From Takakia lepidozioides (taxonomy: Eukaryota > Plantae > Bryophyta), in assembly GCA_030704615.1 (NCBI GenBank), contig CM060734.1, forward strand, positions 59,520,001 to 59,584,000: a stretch of 64,000 nt of DNA, read 5' to 3'. Positions 41,001 through 53,394 of this stretch are shown here, one piece after another. A model generated the notes under the pieces. The model ran no database searches, was not told the DNA's origin, and saw nothing but the letters and a program-made list of their open reading frames with translations. Positions within the stretch are counted from its first letter, which is position 1; each line of letters starts with the position of its first letter. Position numbers and translations under genes: made by a program.

Positions 41001-41240
41001 AGCATACTCTCCACCAGAGAGCTCCATCAAACCAGCCTACCAGAGATCTTGAGTCCTCATTTGAATCAAAGACCTCTCCATGTCACTGTATCTACAGGGT
41101 CTCCGAAAGATTGGCGTGTCCGTGGCCAACTCAATACGAATCTCCTGACCTTTCAGTGCTTCCAAATCCTTGAAACTGAAGGCAAAGCAATTCCTGTAAG
41201 CCGTCAGAAACCACCGTATACGTCGTCTCTATCCTCTAGT
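37880..41240 (-). mobile_element. Degenerate Ty3/gypsy LTR retrotransposon with PHD finger after integrase; 5' part cut off by the MULE insertion
   Basis: RT (CGDYRPVN, TLDLRSGYHQL, YIDD) and RNase H (YSSYEGECLAAVWAV) are on the minus strand, and integrase is inverted on the plus strand. A PHD lies at about 38278-38415, the PPT at 38010-38020, and a short TG..CA LTR at 37880-38009. Many stop codons. Confidence 0.88.
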
Positions 41241-41258
41241 GACGAGGTTTACTATTTC

Positions 41259-41512
41259 ATGAGCAGAAACCATGAGCCATGAGCCATGAGCCGCATGAGC
41301 CGCATGAGCGGTGAGCCGAAGTCTAAGATACGCGGATTTCATGAGCGGACTCCTCCAAATTTGGAAATGCGGCAGATTAAACAAGTATTAAAATAATAGT
41401 TTTTTATTTGACCTTGCCGTTTTTGGACGTTCCAGATCATGTAATGCGGCGAAGATATGTCGTCAGTAACAAGTCCGCTCATGGTTTTATAGATCCGCTC
41501 ATGGAAATAAGT
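41259..41512. repeat. Subterminal CATGAGC motif cluster (direct and inverted)
   Basis: Seven forward copies at 41259-41346 and two reverse copies (GCTCATG) at about 41477 and 41498. Confidence 0.7.
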
Positions 41513-42094
41513 GACCGTGCAACGGGAAATCCAGTATACCACTGCAAAAGGACGTCGCATACTGGCCTGTATAGAGTATTCCGCGGTTTTACATGCCTTA
41601 ACATTGGAATGAAGCTGACCCTTTTGCCGCGATTGAACCAATGGAGTCTGCACCAATACAGTCTGCAGTACTTCACAATTCTGTCTTCTTCGGGTATTCG
41701 GCGGGAAAGGTTTGCAACTGAACTGGGAAATAGGGTGCCGCATTAGGGTTCGCACGTGCGAAATTTCGGAGCGGTTTGGTGTTGGCGAAGGCCGCCTCTG
41801 GGGGTACCTACGACGATACTTGGAAATTCGGCGCCGCATTTCCTTGTCGGAGGTCGAATGAGGAGAGCAAGTTTTCGGAAAGCAGAAAAACATGAACCCT
41901 CCAACATACAAAAATACATGCACGTGGAAACAAGTGAACGATATAGTAATATCTTAGTTCGATCAAAACAGGTTACTGGTAGGCAAGACATATGTCGGAC
42001 CTTTGTGTGGCCAGAGTCTGAGGTACTGGCAGCAGTACAGTTCTACTATCCGAAAAGGATGGGCGTACCATTGTATGTGGACCGCAAGCCAAGC

Positions 42095-45000
42095 TCACTG
42101 GTCCCCTGGATCCATATTCAGAAGAGTGTGAACCTCCTGGGGGCTCAACCCTGGTGCATGTATGAAGTGATGAGTTGTGGAATTACAACGGAGTCTCTTT
42201 AGGTACACGTAGTACAAATGCTTGCAAGGGCAGTATGATGCCCCCTTGTTCGCCATGATCTGGAAGTCGGTGCAATTGCAGGTGGGTAATTCTGAAATGG
42301 TGATGGTGTACACCTCATTGCGAACAGCTGAGCCCGCCGTGGCCATCTGATACACACGCCCGAATCCTGGTGGGGGCACTTCTGTCGAGCTCTGGATTGT
42401 ACAGTTCATCCGAAGTGCATTCCCCATCCTTGTCTCGTTCACTTTTGAGGGAGGTCGCCGCCTCTTCGGTTTCCCCCAACGGTGTGTAGGATGCTTAGAG
42501 CTGTCGTGTCCCATTGTTCTTGCTCTCACAGGGGTCGGTGGTGGAGGCTGTGGAAGCGGAAATGGTTGTCTGGGGACGTCAGTGCGCTGCACCATCCGAA
42601 ATCCTGCGGCGGTAAGGGCGTCGGCCTCAACCTGACTCAGATCGCAGCCTGGTTCCACCGGCCACACCGGGGGAGCCTCTGGCATTGTCTGTATGCCGTA
42701 CTTGGGCTTTCCATACACGCAAGTCATAATGTCGTGCCTGCAGAACCAGAACTGGGTGGTTGTCGCCTCCGCAAACTTTGCATGGACAAATCTTCCTGTA
42801 AAAGTAGGAGCAGGGACAGCCCCATCTGGATTCCTCCTTATCATCTCTAAACAACGTTGCCGTGTATCCACACGAATTGCGGAACACCTTCCTCGAAACG
42901 ACGGCTTTGTGCGAGCAATTCTCCACTGTGAGGCAGACACAGTCGTCTCCACAATGGCTTGGCCATACTGCATAACAGCGGGCGGAATGTGGGGCAAGGG
43001 AGCGGTGGGAATTTGTTGCACGAAATCCCCGGTTGAAGGCGACGGCGATCTGGAATTTCTTGGGCTTCCACTGCTGGAAGACACATTGTGCGGCAACATG
43101 ACGGGACCTCGAGGTGCTGTCCGAATGTTCCTGTCGGATCTCCAGGAATCCTCTTCGCACCCGGGTTCCTTTTCAATCCTCCGCCTGACAGGGCGAGTCC
43201 GGACGTCCCCCTCTAGGTGTTCACCTCTGCGGTGCAGAGGCGTCCCTTTGATCTTCTCTCGCAATGTTGTCGCCCATTTCACTGGATTCTTGGACCTCGA
43301 AGCTGTTCGTACCAACAATTCCTCCCTGTCCGGCCCAAAGCCCCATTGTTTGCCGCTCAGGAACTTGTAGTACGTGGCTTGCTGCATGATTGCTCTGTCG
43401 ATGTCCTCCGTTGTGGCCGTCACTACGTCCACCAGATGTGCGGCAGAAGACGCTCGCCAGGAGGAGTGGACCGATTCTGCCATATTCGTGTTCGGCATGT
43501 CCGTGTCGGAATCCAAGCACCGCTCCTAGAAGGACACAAACAACGGTGAGGGACCAATCGAAATGTCCGTAACAGAAAGACAAATGAACGAAATTGACAG
43601 CAGCCTACCTCCCGCATGTACTGTCCGAACTGTCGATACCGAAAATGCCACCACCCCAACCAGCTGTGCAATGCTCCCAGATTGGTTGTCTCCACTGCAC
43701 CTGACGTGTTCCACCAAGCCTCGATGATAGCAAACTTAACCTCCGCGTCATCAAATGTGGGTGCATCCTTCCACGCCGTACAAAGGACACGGTGTTCAGC
43801 CTGGAATGAGCTAGCAACAAATTTGGTAGTGTAGTGGGATAGACTCTGCATCCAATGGAATCCACAGGATCTCTCTTTCCCCTCCATTGGAACATTGGGG
43901 TCCTCACCGTACACACGCCGCACCGCTGCCCAGTTGGCCTGAGCGTTGTCTGCCATGAATCCCCTGAAATTGGGCTCTGGCAATCCCGCCCTTGCCATCT
44001 GCTCGTTTATGCCCTCCCACAGATGCATCTCGGACTGTGTGTCCTCCCCTTTCATCTCGCAGATTGCAATCGTCATGAGCCTCTTGGAGTGATAGTCATA
44101 AACATGCGCACCCATAGTCACCCACTGATGGTTTGTAATTCGCTTGATGTGATCAAACATCACCCAAGCATTCGACAAGTTTCCAGTTGTCATGCGAGTG
44201 ACCAAGTCGACTCCACTCCCAGGCCCACACGTCGACATTTTGAAAATGTAACAACGATCGGATTCGCTGCCTTGCCCTGGAAACCTGCTACCTTGGATGT
44301 AGTCATATCCAGTCATTCGTTTCACCTCCAGGATTGAGTACATGTCCGACCCCCTGCCGAACTCCTGCTTGCAAGATACGATGTGATTCCGCACATTCGG
44401 ACTACAAACGTGCGAGACGGACTCCAAGAGGTCACGCATCTCGTCTTCGGTCAAGGGCTCTCGGTCGGAACCATCTTCAGACATGATTTTGCCAAGAGCA
44501 ATCTTGTGGGCTGCCTTCAGCTGAATCTGCTTTGGTCTGGCTCCGGGGCTCAATTTCACCTCCTCTTTTATGATGTCGTGTGCTTCCTGCACAGCCTCAC
44601 GCATGTTGCCTCTCGCCAAGGGGTGGCAGTGGACCCCAACGTGTATGCAAGCTCTAGTCAAGTCCGGGAGCAAATGGATTACGTAATATTGCTTGGCTCT
44701 GCACATGGACATGCACGTCGGTGGTTCTTTGCAATGTGCACACTTGAAAGAACCCGCAGGAGCTTGGCTGGAGACAATGAATGGATGATGCGTTGTGCCA
44801 GTCCAATCCGTCTCGTTTCTCCGCCCTCCTTTGGAGAGAAAGTGGAAGCAGGTGGGATTGAGGCACCTCAGCTTCCCCGCACAGAGGACATATCGTACAC
44901 GAACACCATCAGCAATTTTCGTGCTACTGGTCTTCGTCACACACCAGGGGTGTCCGTCATGCTTTCGATCCATGTCTGTTAACATCCCGGAGGCTTTCTT

Positions 45001-45702
45001 TGACGAAGAAACAGGTGGAAACTCGAAGATGACATTGCCATCGACTTCGGGAGGCAGAAAAGTTACCTTTCTGACTGGGAATTTGGCATAGTCGAGAGCA
45101 GCCAGCTCGGAGCGAGAACCATCGAGGTGATGTTGTCGTAGGAGCTGCACAATGGACCGGGTTGGAGTTATGCTCGAGGGCACATGCGTAGCACCTACAG
45201 AGACGTCCATGCCGGATTTGAACGACCGTGTGGAGGACATGGGTACCTCAATGCAATCATCTTCCTCGTCGGAAATGTCGAATACGTCCACACGAGAAGC
45301 TATGGAGGGTCTTGACGGTCCAGGTCGGGAATGATTATCGTTGCATACCTCTCTGTTGGCAGTGGCCGCCTGTCGGTTTCCGGACTCCTTTGTGGATGGT
45401 GTGGGCAGCGACTGATTCGGAAAGGGAATGGGCATTCCCACAGCTCGGTACAGGATGGTGTCTGACGGGGGAACGTGCCATTCGATTCCGCAACCTCCGT
45501 CGTTACCTAGCACGACAATGGTCTCGTCAACCTGTCCAGGAACATCCTTCCTTTCTTCTTCCAAATAAACTGTGCCCGGTTTGAGCTTGAATTTGGAACA
45601 AAGGTAAGTTTCAGTCACTCTGCAAAGTCCTCCCTCGTTTGGGATCCAGGCTCTCCCAAGTTGCGGAGGACAGCAAACTATAGCGTAGGAATTCGGAGCC
45701 AT
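42095..45702 (-). CDS. MULE-type DDE transposase (~1170 aa) with N-terminal GCM/WRKY-like Zn domain and C-terminal SWIM finger; 2 exons (45702-43609, 43525-42095)
   Basis: Zn domain CAGKLRC..C..CAHC..C..HVGVHCHP. D1 in VMFDHIKR, D2 in FMADNAQANWAAVRRVY, CxxH in SCGFHWMQS, E in TNMAESVH. SWIM CNCTDF..CPCKHLYYV. An in-frame GT-AG intron joins the two ORFs, with no visible lesions. Confidence 0.85.
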
Positions 45703-46131
45703 CGAACACCGCACGGAGTTGGCAAGTGCGAGGTTCAGTATAGCGACAGACCAAGGCTCACAGGCACCATCTAAGTGGATCTGCGGAGTCCATCGACAAT
45801 TGGAAGTCGCACATTGAAGTGGAAAGTATTGTTTCAAGCTACATGCATGAAGGTGGGAGGTTTGATTCCATAGCCAGTGAGTAGGACAATGATGGCCGAT
45901 TCGGCGACGAAATAACATCTCCTGACAGTTTCTCCTGAGGGTGGATCCAGCAGTATTCTCGGTGCAGACAGGAACGTTCGCACTGACAAGTGCCAGGACT
46001 GCTGGTTAAAACGGTCAGACAACCAAGTTGTGCTCATCAAGACTGGCCGCAATTGTGTTGTTTCGGAACAATGCAACCCATTGAGGTTCCAGATTTCCCG
46101 TCCCGAGTGATTCTGTCGATTGCTGGTGGAC

Positions 46132-47875
46132 GGAAATACGGCGCCGCATTTCCGTATTGCATCTTGGTCATGCAACAGAGCGACGGAAATGCGGCACCGA
46201 GTTTCCGTCCGGGGGAAACCTTTATACTCTCCAGAACGGAAATGCGGTAACGCATTTCCATCCAGCAAGCACGGTATGTGAAGGTGGAACGGAAATGCGG
46301 TACCGCATTTCCGTTCTGATTGAGATTTATGAACAACGGGAACAGAAATGCGGCACCGCATTTCCGTCCGAGTCGCACTTTTCGACATTCCAGAACGGAA
46401 ATGCGGCGCCGCATTTCCATTTTGTATCTGATGCATGGAGCTGAGGGATAGAAATGCTGCAGCACATTTCCGTCCTTAAAAGACATTCATACTCTCGAGA
46501 ACGGAAATGCGGTACCGCATTTTCATTCAACAAGCACGGTATGTGAAGGTGGAACGGAAATGCGGTACCGCATTTCCGTTCTGATTGAGAATTATGAACA
46601 ACGGGAACAGAAATGCGGCACCGCATTTCCGTCCGAGTCGCACTTTTCGACATTCCATAAAGGAAATGCGGCGCCGCATTTCCATTTTGTATCTGATGCC
46701 TGGAGCCGAGTAAGATTCCGACAGCTTCATACAGCGCAATTCCGACCGGTTGAGACATTCACACTATCCAGAACGGAAATGCGGCACCGCATTTCCGTTC
46801 TGACTGAAAATCGTGAACTATCTGAACTGAAATGCGGCACCGTATTTCCATCCGAGTCGCACCTACCATCATTCCAGAACGGAAATGCGGCACCGCATTT
46901 CCGTTCTGACTGAAAATCGTGAACCATCGGAACTGAAATGCGGCAACGTATTTCCATCCGAGTCGCACCTACCATCATTCCAGAACGGAAATGCGGTACC
47001 GCATTTCCGTTCTGACTGAAAATCGTGAACCATCGGAACTGAAATGCGGCAGCGCATTTCCATCCGAGTCGCACCTCCCAACATTCCAGAACGGAATGTA
47101 TTAGATTTAAAAGGGAAATGCGGCACCGCATTTCCGTTCTGATGAAATATCCTGAAACATCGGAATTGAAATGCGGTACCGCATTTCCGTCGGAGTCCCA
47201 CCATCCGACATTCCAAAACGGAAATGCGGCACCGCATTTCCGTTTTGTATGTGAGGCATGGAGCTGTGGAACGAAAATGCGGGAAGGCATTTCCGCCAGC
47301 GTCAGACGTTAATACTCTACAGAACGGAAATGCGGTACCGCATTTCCATTCTGACTGAAAATCGTGCGCAACGGGTACAGAAATGCGGCACCGCATTTCC
47401 GTTCGAGTCGCACCTTCCGACATTCTCGAACGGAAATGCGGCGCCGCATTTCCGTTTTGTATATTCGGCCTGGAGCTGTGCTACGGAAATGTGTTGCCGC
47501 ATTTCCATCCATGTGAGACCTTCAACCTTTCCAGACCGGAAATGCGACACCGCATTTCTGTCCAGGTGAGACCTCTATACTTTCCCGAACGGAAATGTGG
47601 CACGGCATTTCCATTCATCAACTAACGTATGTGAAGTGGGAACGGAAATGCGGCGCCGCATTTCCCTTCTGAATCTCATACATGGAGCTGTGGGACGGAA
47701 ATGCGGCACCGTATTTCCGTTCAACAACTAAGGTATGTGAAGGTGGAACGGAAATGCGGTGCCGCATTTTCTTCCAACAAGTACGGATGTGTAGCTTCGT
47801 GATGGTACTTAACGGAAATGCGGCGCCGCATTCGCATTCTCGCTCCAACTCATCAGACGCTGGGACGGAAATGCC
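46132..47875. repeat. Array of 31 near-complete 22-bp palindromes GGAAATGCGG-NN-CCGCATTTCC at a 53-bp period
   Basis: Starts at 46132, 46185, 46238 ... 46662; 46775 ... 47040; 47114 ... 47750; and 47814. Half-sites at 46722 and 47867. The 31-bp spacers are much more variable than the palindromes, with 265-bp and 106-bp higher-order duplications. Confidence 0.95.
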
Positions 47876-48270
47876 TTGAAATGTGAACACGTGGAGCAAC
47901 GGAATTGCTGCACATGTCGGCACTCTATCTGACTGAAGGGGCATGAGGCGGCGCGGCCTGACCGTTGGATAATGATGTTTGATTTTCGGACGGCAGGCGT
48001 ACCCTCAACGATTCGAATTTCGTAATGACGCAAACTCCACGAGGAGACACTTTCGTCCAACCTTTCGAACCCAAGTGGTGCATCACCGCCGTTTCATCTA
48101 CTTTTGTCGTGTCTCCTCAGTCACCCCTCTCGCGCCCTTTCCATCTGCACTCTTTGCCCCTTTTCCCTCTCTCTGTTCTTCTTATGCTCGAACCTGAGAG
48201 GGGGGGAGTTCGTGCACCAGACAGGAGACCTCGTCGCAAGCTCCGGAAATTATACTTCGGACGTAGGCCA

Positions 48271-51200
48271 ATGCCGAAGGGGAGGAAGCAGATGCGTCTA
48301 CAGGAGGAGATTGCCATCTCCGAGCAGCAGGCCACTCAGGCAACCCAGCCACCAGTGAGAGCTCCATGCGATCGGGCTGCGCGCAGCTGATCGAGCACCG
48401 AACCCCCCATTTTGCTTCTGTAATTCTTAGACTGAATGCTAGGAGACTTGAATGCAGAACATGTTTGCATGCCTAACAGGAAAGGTGGACGTGCTGGAGG
48501 GATCGCAGGAATCCGAAGAGCCGCAGGAAGAGTCCGAGGAGCTAGCTGCAGCACGTACACCCACCCGATCCCCGAGCGCGGGTATTCCTGCCGGGCCTAG
48601 CCCTCTGCGATTCAAAGACGCGTCTTCGAAGGGCAAGTTCAAAGTCTCAGAGATCGACTCGCGTTCTTCGATCATGGAGAATCGCCAGCAGGGGTCGGGC
48701 CCTTCTCCAGCAAAGTCGAAGAAGAAGCAGCCCGTCCCTCTACTGGCTTCTGAACCGGCTCAGGCCGATTCACCCCCCCCAACGCGAATGAAGCAGCAGG
48801 GTAGAAGACAGATTCTATTGCAGCAGACACCTTCACCTGCAAGGATGAGGAAGCAGAAGGCAATCAGGGCGACGGGCGAACAATCTCCCGCAAAACCGCT
48901 TCCACGAGCTGAAGCTCAGTTCCTGGAGGATTTCCCGCCTGCAGATGTTGGGGCCGACTCTGCTGCAGCGAAGGCAATGGGATCGACCGTTGATCTCGAT
49001 TTGGTACCGGAGGAGGGTGCTGCCGCTGAACGTTCGCAGGCAGACCTCACCACCGATGAGCTAGCAGGCCCGGAGGAGGCCTCTGCAATGGCAGAATTGC
49101 CCGCACACAGGCCCCAGAGTGCAGCTCCAGTTGAGGATGCTCCACCTGCTCAGCCACTACCGGCACCTACAGACATGTCTCCGGAGGATTTCAAAAGTGC
49201 AGCGGATAAAATGTTGGAGGAGACACACAGTAGCATTGGCAGAGTTCTGGGCAGCAGGGTATTCCAGCGGACTCTTCGAATCCCACTCTGTCGCATGGTC
49301 TCCCTTCCCATCGTCAGGCAGGCCCTTCCCGGAGATGTGGATAAGCTCAAGTTCGCATTTCGAGAAGGGTACCGTCTGGGATCGGCAGCGTTTTACGTTT
49401 CCATAGAGAATGAGGACGGCGAAACCCGTGGACCCACTGCCGATGAATTGTCAACGTGGGATACCCACTGGCACACTCGCAACCACGAATTCGAGGCGAC
49501 GCTGAAGGGTGATCCCGACTTCGGCCATATGTCGGGAAAAATGTTCTTTGTGTGGGACGGGAATCACCGACTTCTCGCCTGGTGGGAGTACATCAAGCAG
49601 AACCATGCCAAGCACATTGGCTGGCATTACATGGTGGAGTGTGTCATCCTCAAGGTGAAGGCGGCAGACTCCTCCCTGCTCAAGAATGCCATGGCGGACC
49701 TCAACTCGTAAGATACTCATACCCTCCCTAGCACATTCGAAATGCGGTGCCGCATTTCGGTTTCCATTCTGGTTTGATTCCGTGCTTCCGTGTACTGAAC
49801 TGGAGAGTGTGCCTTGCAGGGTCACTGAGAATGCGTACGTGCATACCCACATGGCACATATGCTGTACAGGGTGAGGAAAACTGGTCTTACTGATCCGCA
49901 GATGTTTGCGGAAATGCTGGAGCCTGAGCTCATTCAGAAAGCCGTTGCAAAAACAGACCGGACATGGTATCGTCTCACTATGGATGGAATGGTGGAGGTG
50001 ATATACGAAGTAAGTCGTGCTCCAATTTCCCTCTGCTCATCCTTCCCCAATTTCCAGTAATGTTTCCACATGAATCGAATGTAACGCTTCTGCATGTTTT
50101 TGTTGGCAGTCAAACATCAAGCTGGATTTGGCCCATGCCAAACGCTTCTTCATGGAAAGTGAGGGGCAGGTCAAAACGTTGCAGTCATTGACTGAGCACT
50201 TGAAGGAAGCCGGTGTCAAGTCCAGAACCAAATACAAGTCAAAGCTTGTGAAGCTGGTGGCAATTGCAGATCCGGCACTTGGAAAGGACTTCATCCCCGA
50301 GATTGCAAAACACTATTCTCGGGCCATGCAGCCGACCATGCAATTGGAGAAACTGCATCACCTCTCAACGGCATGTGTGGAGGCGAAAGAGAAGGTGAGG
50401 TTTCAATGCACTGAATTTCCTTCCTAGCAATAGCCACTCTCTTCCAGCCACTGACATTGGATCGGAAATGGCAGACACGGTGGCTGTCGATCTGGAATGC
50501 ATCCGAGAGCATAAGGACAATGTGGTCTTTTCCACTGGAAGTTTCCGACCCTGCAGTGGATGTGTGGCTCAACCGTATGACTTGGTGGTTCCAGGTAATT
50601 CAAGGTACTTCCCCAGATTTGCTTTTCTGACATGAATTCCCTGAACTGCTACGTGACAATGCATTTGGGAATGGCAGGTAATGTCGAATGCGAAGGAGCA
50701 AGTCGTAATGCACACAAATTCGTTCGGCTTGTACGTCAAATGGGATGGAACACAGACATTGGAAGACTACGTGACACGTTTCAGATGTGCGTACAAGGAC
50801 AACCTTTTCGCCAGAGAGCTACAGACAGCAAGAAGGAGCGTGGAGTTTACACATCAGGAGGGAGCGGGGAAAGCTGCAATGCGAATTGTTTACAGGTGAA
50901 GCACAGCTGCCCTTGTATGCGAAGCCTGGTTACGAGGTTTGTCTCGGAAATGCGGCACCGCATTCGCATTTTATGTTTTCGGTGGCACTCTGCCAGTAGG
51001 TTGGTCTCAACTTTTGCTCACGCATGCTGACTGCCTTGCAGGTATATGAAATACGTGCTCCTTCAGACAGGGGCCCTGGCTCAAGAGCCCCCGTTCTTCA
51101 TGGCTTGGACCGTGGCGGGCCCAAGCTGTGTCTACACACCCGAGATGCAGAAACAATGGCATCCCGCGCATCTCGTTGGATGCCCGTGGTACCTGGACAT

Positions 51201-53394
51201 GTCTGGCGGTATTGTTGACGAGTCTGAGAAAGATCTGCACGCCTTGGCAGAAGAGAAGAGAAAGGAAAGACGTGTCCCTGCTGGGCCAAAGTCGGCAAAG
51301 GAATCTGCTGCTCTGGAAGAATCCAGAAAGGCAGCTGAGATGGCACAAAAGACGGTGGATGCAGCTGTGCAGGCCCAACAGAAGGGGTCGAAGAAGAGGA
51401 CTCGCCAGCAAGGAGCAGCTGTTGTGACACCCGCCAAAACGAAGAAGCAGAAACAGCCTGTTCAGGAAGAGGGTGAGGAAGAGGACTCCGATGGAGACTT
51501 TGCAACCAGCCCACCCCCCCAAACGCAGGCTGCCTCCCCTGTGCCCACCGTTGTCACGAGAGGCACGAGAACTGGCTCGGCAAAGAAGGCACTCTTCAAC
51601 CCCCAGGGGGGCACCCTTTCGAGCCGGTGGAAATGAAGAGGCCGAAAGTGGCTCCCGAAACAGTAGTCCAGTGTGTAAATGAGAGTTTCTTGGCGGCTTT
51701 GGATGGACGGGCAGCCAAGTTGGCATACATGAAGACCATGGAGGGTCTGAAGGGCAGAGCACTGAAGAAGGCGACTGCCGAAGAGCCTTCCGACACCCCA
51801 GGATTTCAGAATATGGTCTCGTTCTTTGAGAGGGTGTGTGCAGACAAGGATTGTAGGAGGGGCGGAAATGCCACCGAGTGGTCTTGCGATATGATCATCT
51901 TGGATATTCCGGACGGAGAGCCTGTGGAAGGACTGCAAGCTTTGCCATCTTGGAACAGGTACTCGGAGGACTTTTGGAAGAAAGGATTCGGGCTTGCCCG
52001 CATGGTGTTGGACGACAGAGGCTGTGTGGTTGTCCTGGCGAGCAGAGGAAAAAACACTCAGACAGGAATTGCGAAGTGGACCCGCAAGAGCGCCGTCCCG
52101 ATTCTGAAAAAGAAGTGGACGTGCATCAACACACTGGGCCTTCGGTCGGAAGGGAAGAAGGTGATTACGACACTGGCACTCGTCCATTCATTTGCTTGGG
52201 TGCTTTCAAATGCGGTGCCGCATTCGGTTTCTAATCGTTTTCCCCCTGTGTATGCAGACGAAGCAGTTCGATGCATACTGCTTTGTGAAGGAAAACTCCA
52301 CCTTTGCTTTCCGGAAGGAGGGAGGAAAGGTTGACCCGAACTGCGACCCACTCGATTACGACGTTCTGTTCAACAACGTTCCCAAGGAACTTCTCCCTCA
52401 TAGCCTCACTTCAACGGAACCCCTGCGGTACTCACGGACTCGGAGCCCTGCCTTCATTCAGACAATTATGGAGACATGCACAGACGTGGAGGGCACAGTG
52501 CTGGACCTCATCTGTGGGACAGGTATGCAGAATCTTGATCTCTGCTGTTCTGCAAATTCTCGTTAGGATGTAGTTCGCAACATCTGAAGCGCCATGTGGT
52601 AATGTGTGGATGGCATTGTAACAGGTGCCTCAATGTGGGCTGGGCGGTTTTCCGACCGGCACCTCTTTGCCTACGAGGAGGATTCATCCGTGTGGGGATC
52701 CCATCTGGAGGGGCTGCAACGGAATGTGAAGGCTCCCGACAGAGCGGAAGTCTCCTCGGATTCGTCGGAGTCCGAGGAAGACACAGTGGACATTGATGCA
52801 GAGGAGAACCCGGAATACGAGTGAGTGCAAACATTGTAAGTTTGCAAAGCCTTCTGGGTCATTTATGTCAAAGGAATTTCCCGACTGTGGTTCTCATTAG
52901 TCTCGTTGATGATTGTCATGTGCAGGATTGCAGGGTCCGGGTCGAAACATGTAGGGCCTACACTTCCTGCCAGGAAGAATGTCCCGTTCTTTGCGAGGGC
53001 CGACTTCATGACGAGCCCGGTGAGGGACTACTCCCTTCCTAGTTATGCAGCTAAACTCGCAAATACAGCGATTAGAAGAAGTGAGAATCCCAGTAAAGTA
53101 GAGCAGATTTTGGAGAGGGCTAGGGAGGACAGAAGGATAAGGAAAGAGTTGGCAGCAGCTCAGACAGGTAGACGGGTACGAAAGTACATATGTGATTCAG
53201 CGGATGAGAGCGACGCAGACAGGGAGGAAGACGACCCAACGGAGGTGAGATGGACAGTTCCGCAAGGGGAAGATGGGATTTTCGAAAGCCTGGCCAACGA
53301 GCAGTCCGCTGGAGATGAGAGAGGCACTGAGGGGGTGGAGGAGGAGCAGGACAGTCTAGAACAGGATGAGGATTCCGATGATTTTCAAGATTAA
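48271..53394 (+). CDS. ParB/Srx-like domain + beta-class N6A/N4C DNA methyltransferase-fold fusion protein (~1407 aa, 10 exons; one 1-nt frameshift near 51606-51611)
   Basis: Predicted exons 48271-48354, 48458-49707, 49820-50009, 50110-50394, 50448-50594, 50678-50895, 51042-52160, 52258-52522, 52625-52820, 52926-53394. All introns are GT-AG with compatible phases, and the total of 4223 nt is 1 short of 1408 codons. ParB-like FFVWDGNHRLLAW; MTase CDMIILDIPDG..ARMVLDDRGCVVV..RSPAFIQTIMETCTDVEGTVLDLICGTGASMWAGRFSDRHLFAYEED. Exons 1 and 5 are the least certain. Confidence 0.75.

Noticed and set aside
46132-47875. True CRISPR array
   Set aside because: Eukaryotic context, no cas genes, spacers related through higher-order duplication, and the same motif occurs singly in introns.
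45834-47944. Many overlapping ORFs (EMRCRIS / KCGTAFP / GNAAPHF repeats)
   Set aside because: These are translations of the palindrome in six frames. The same artefact occurs at 53356-54422.
52906-53394. Stand-alone 162-aa acidic gene
   Set aside because: It splices in frame (GA|G) to the preceding exon, so it is treated as the last exon of the fusion gene.
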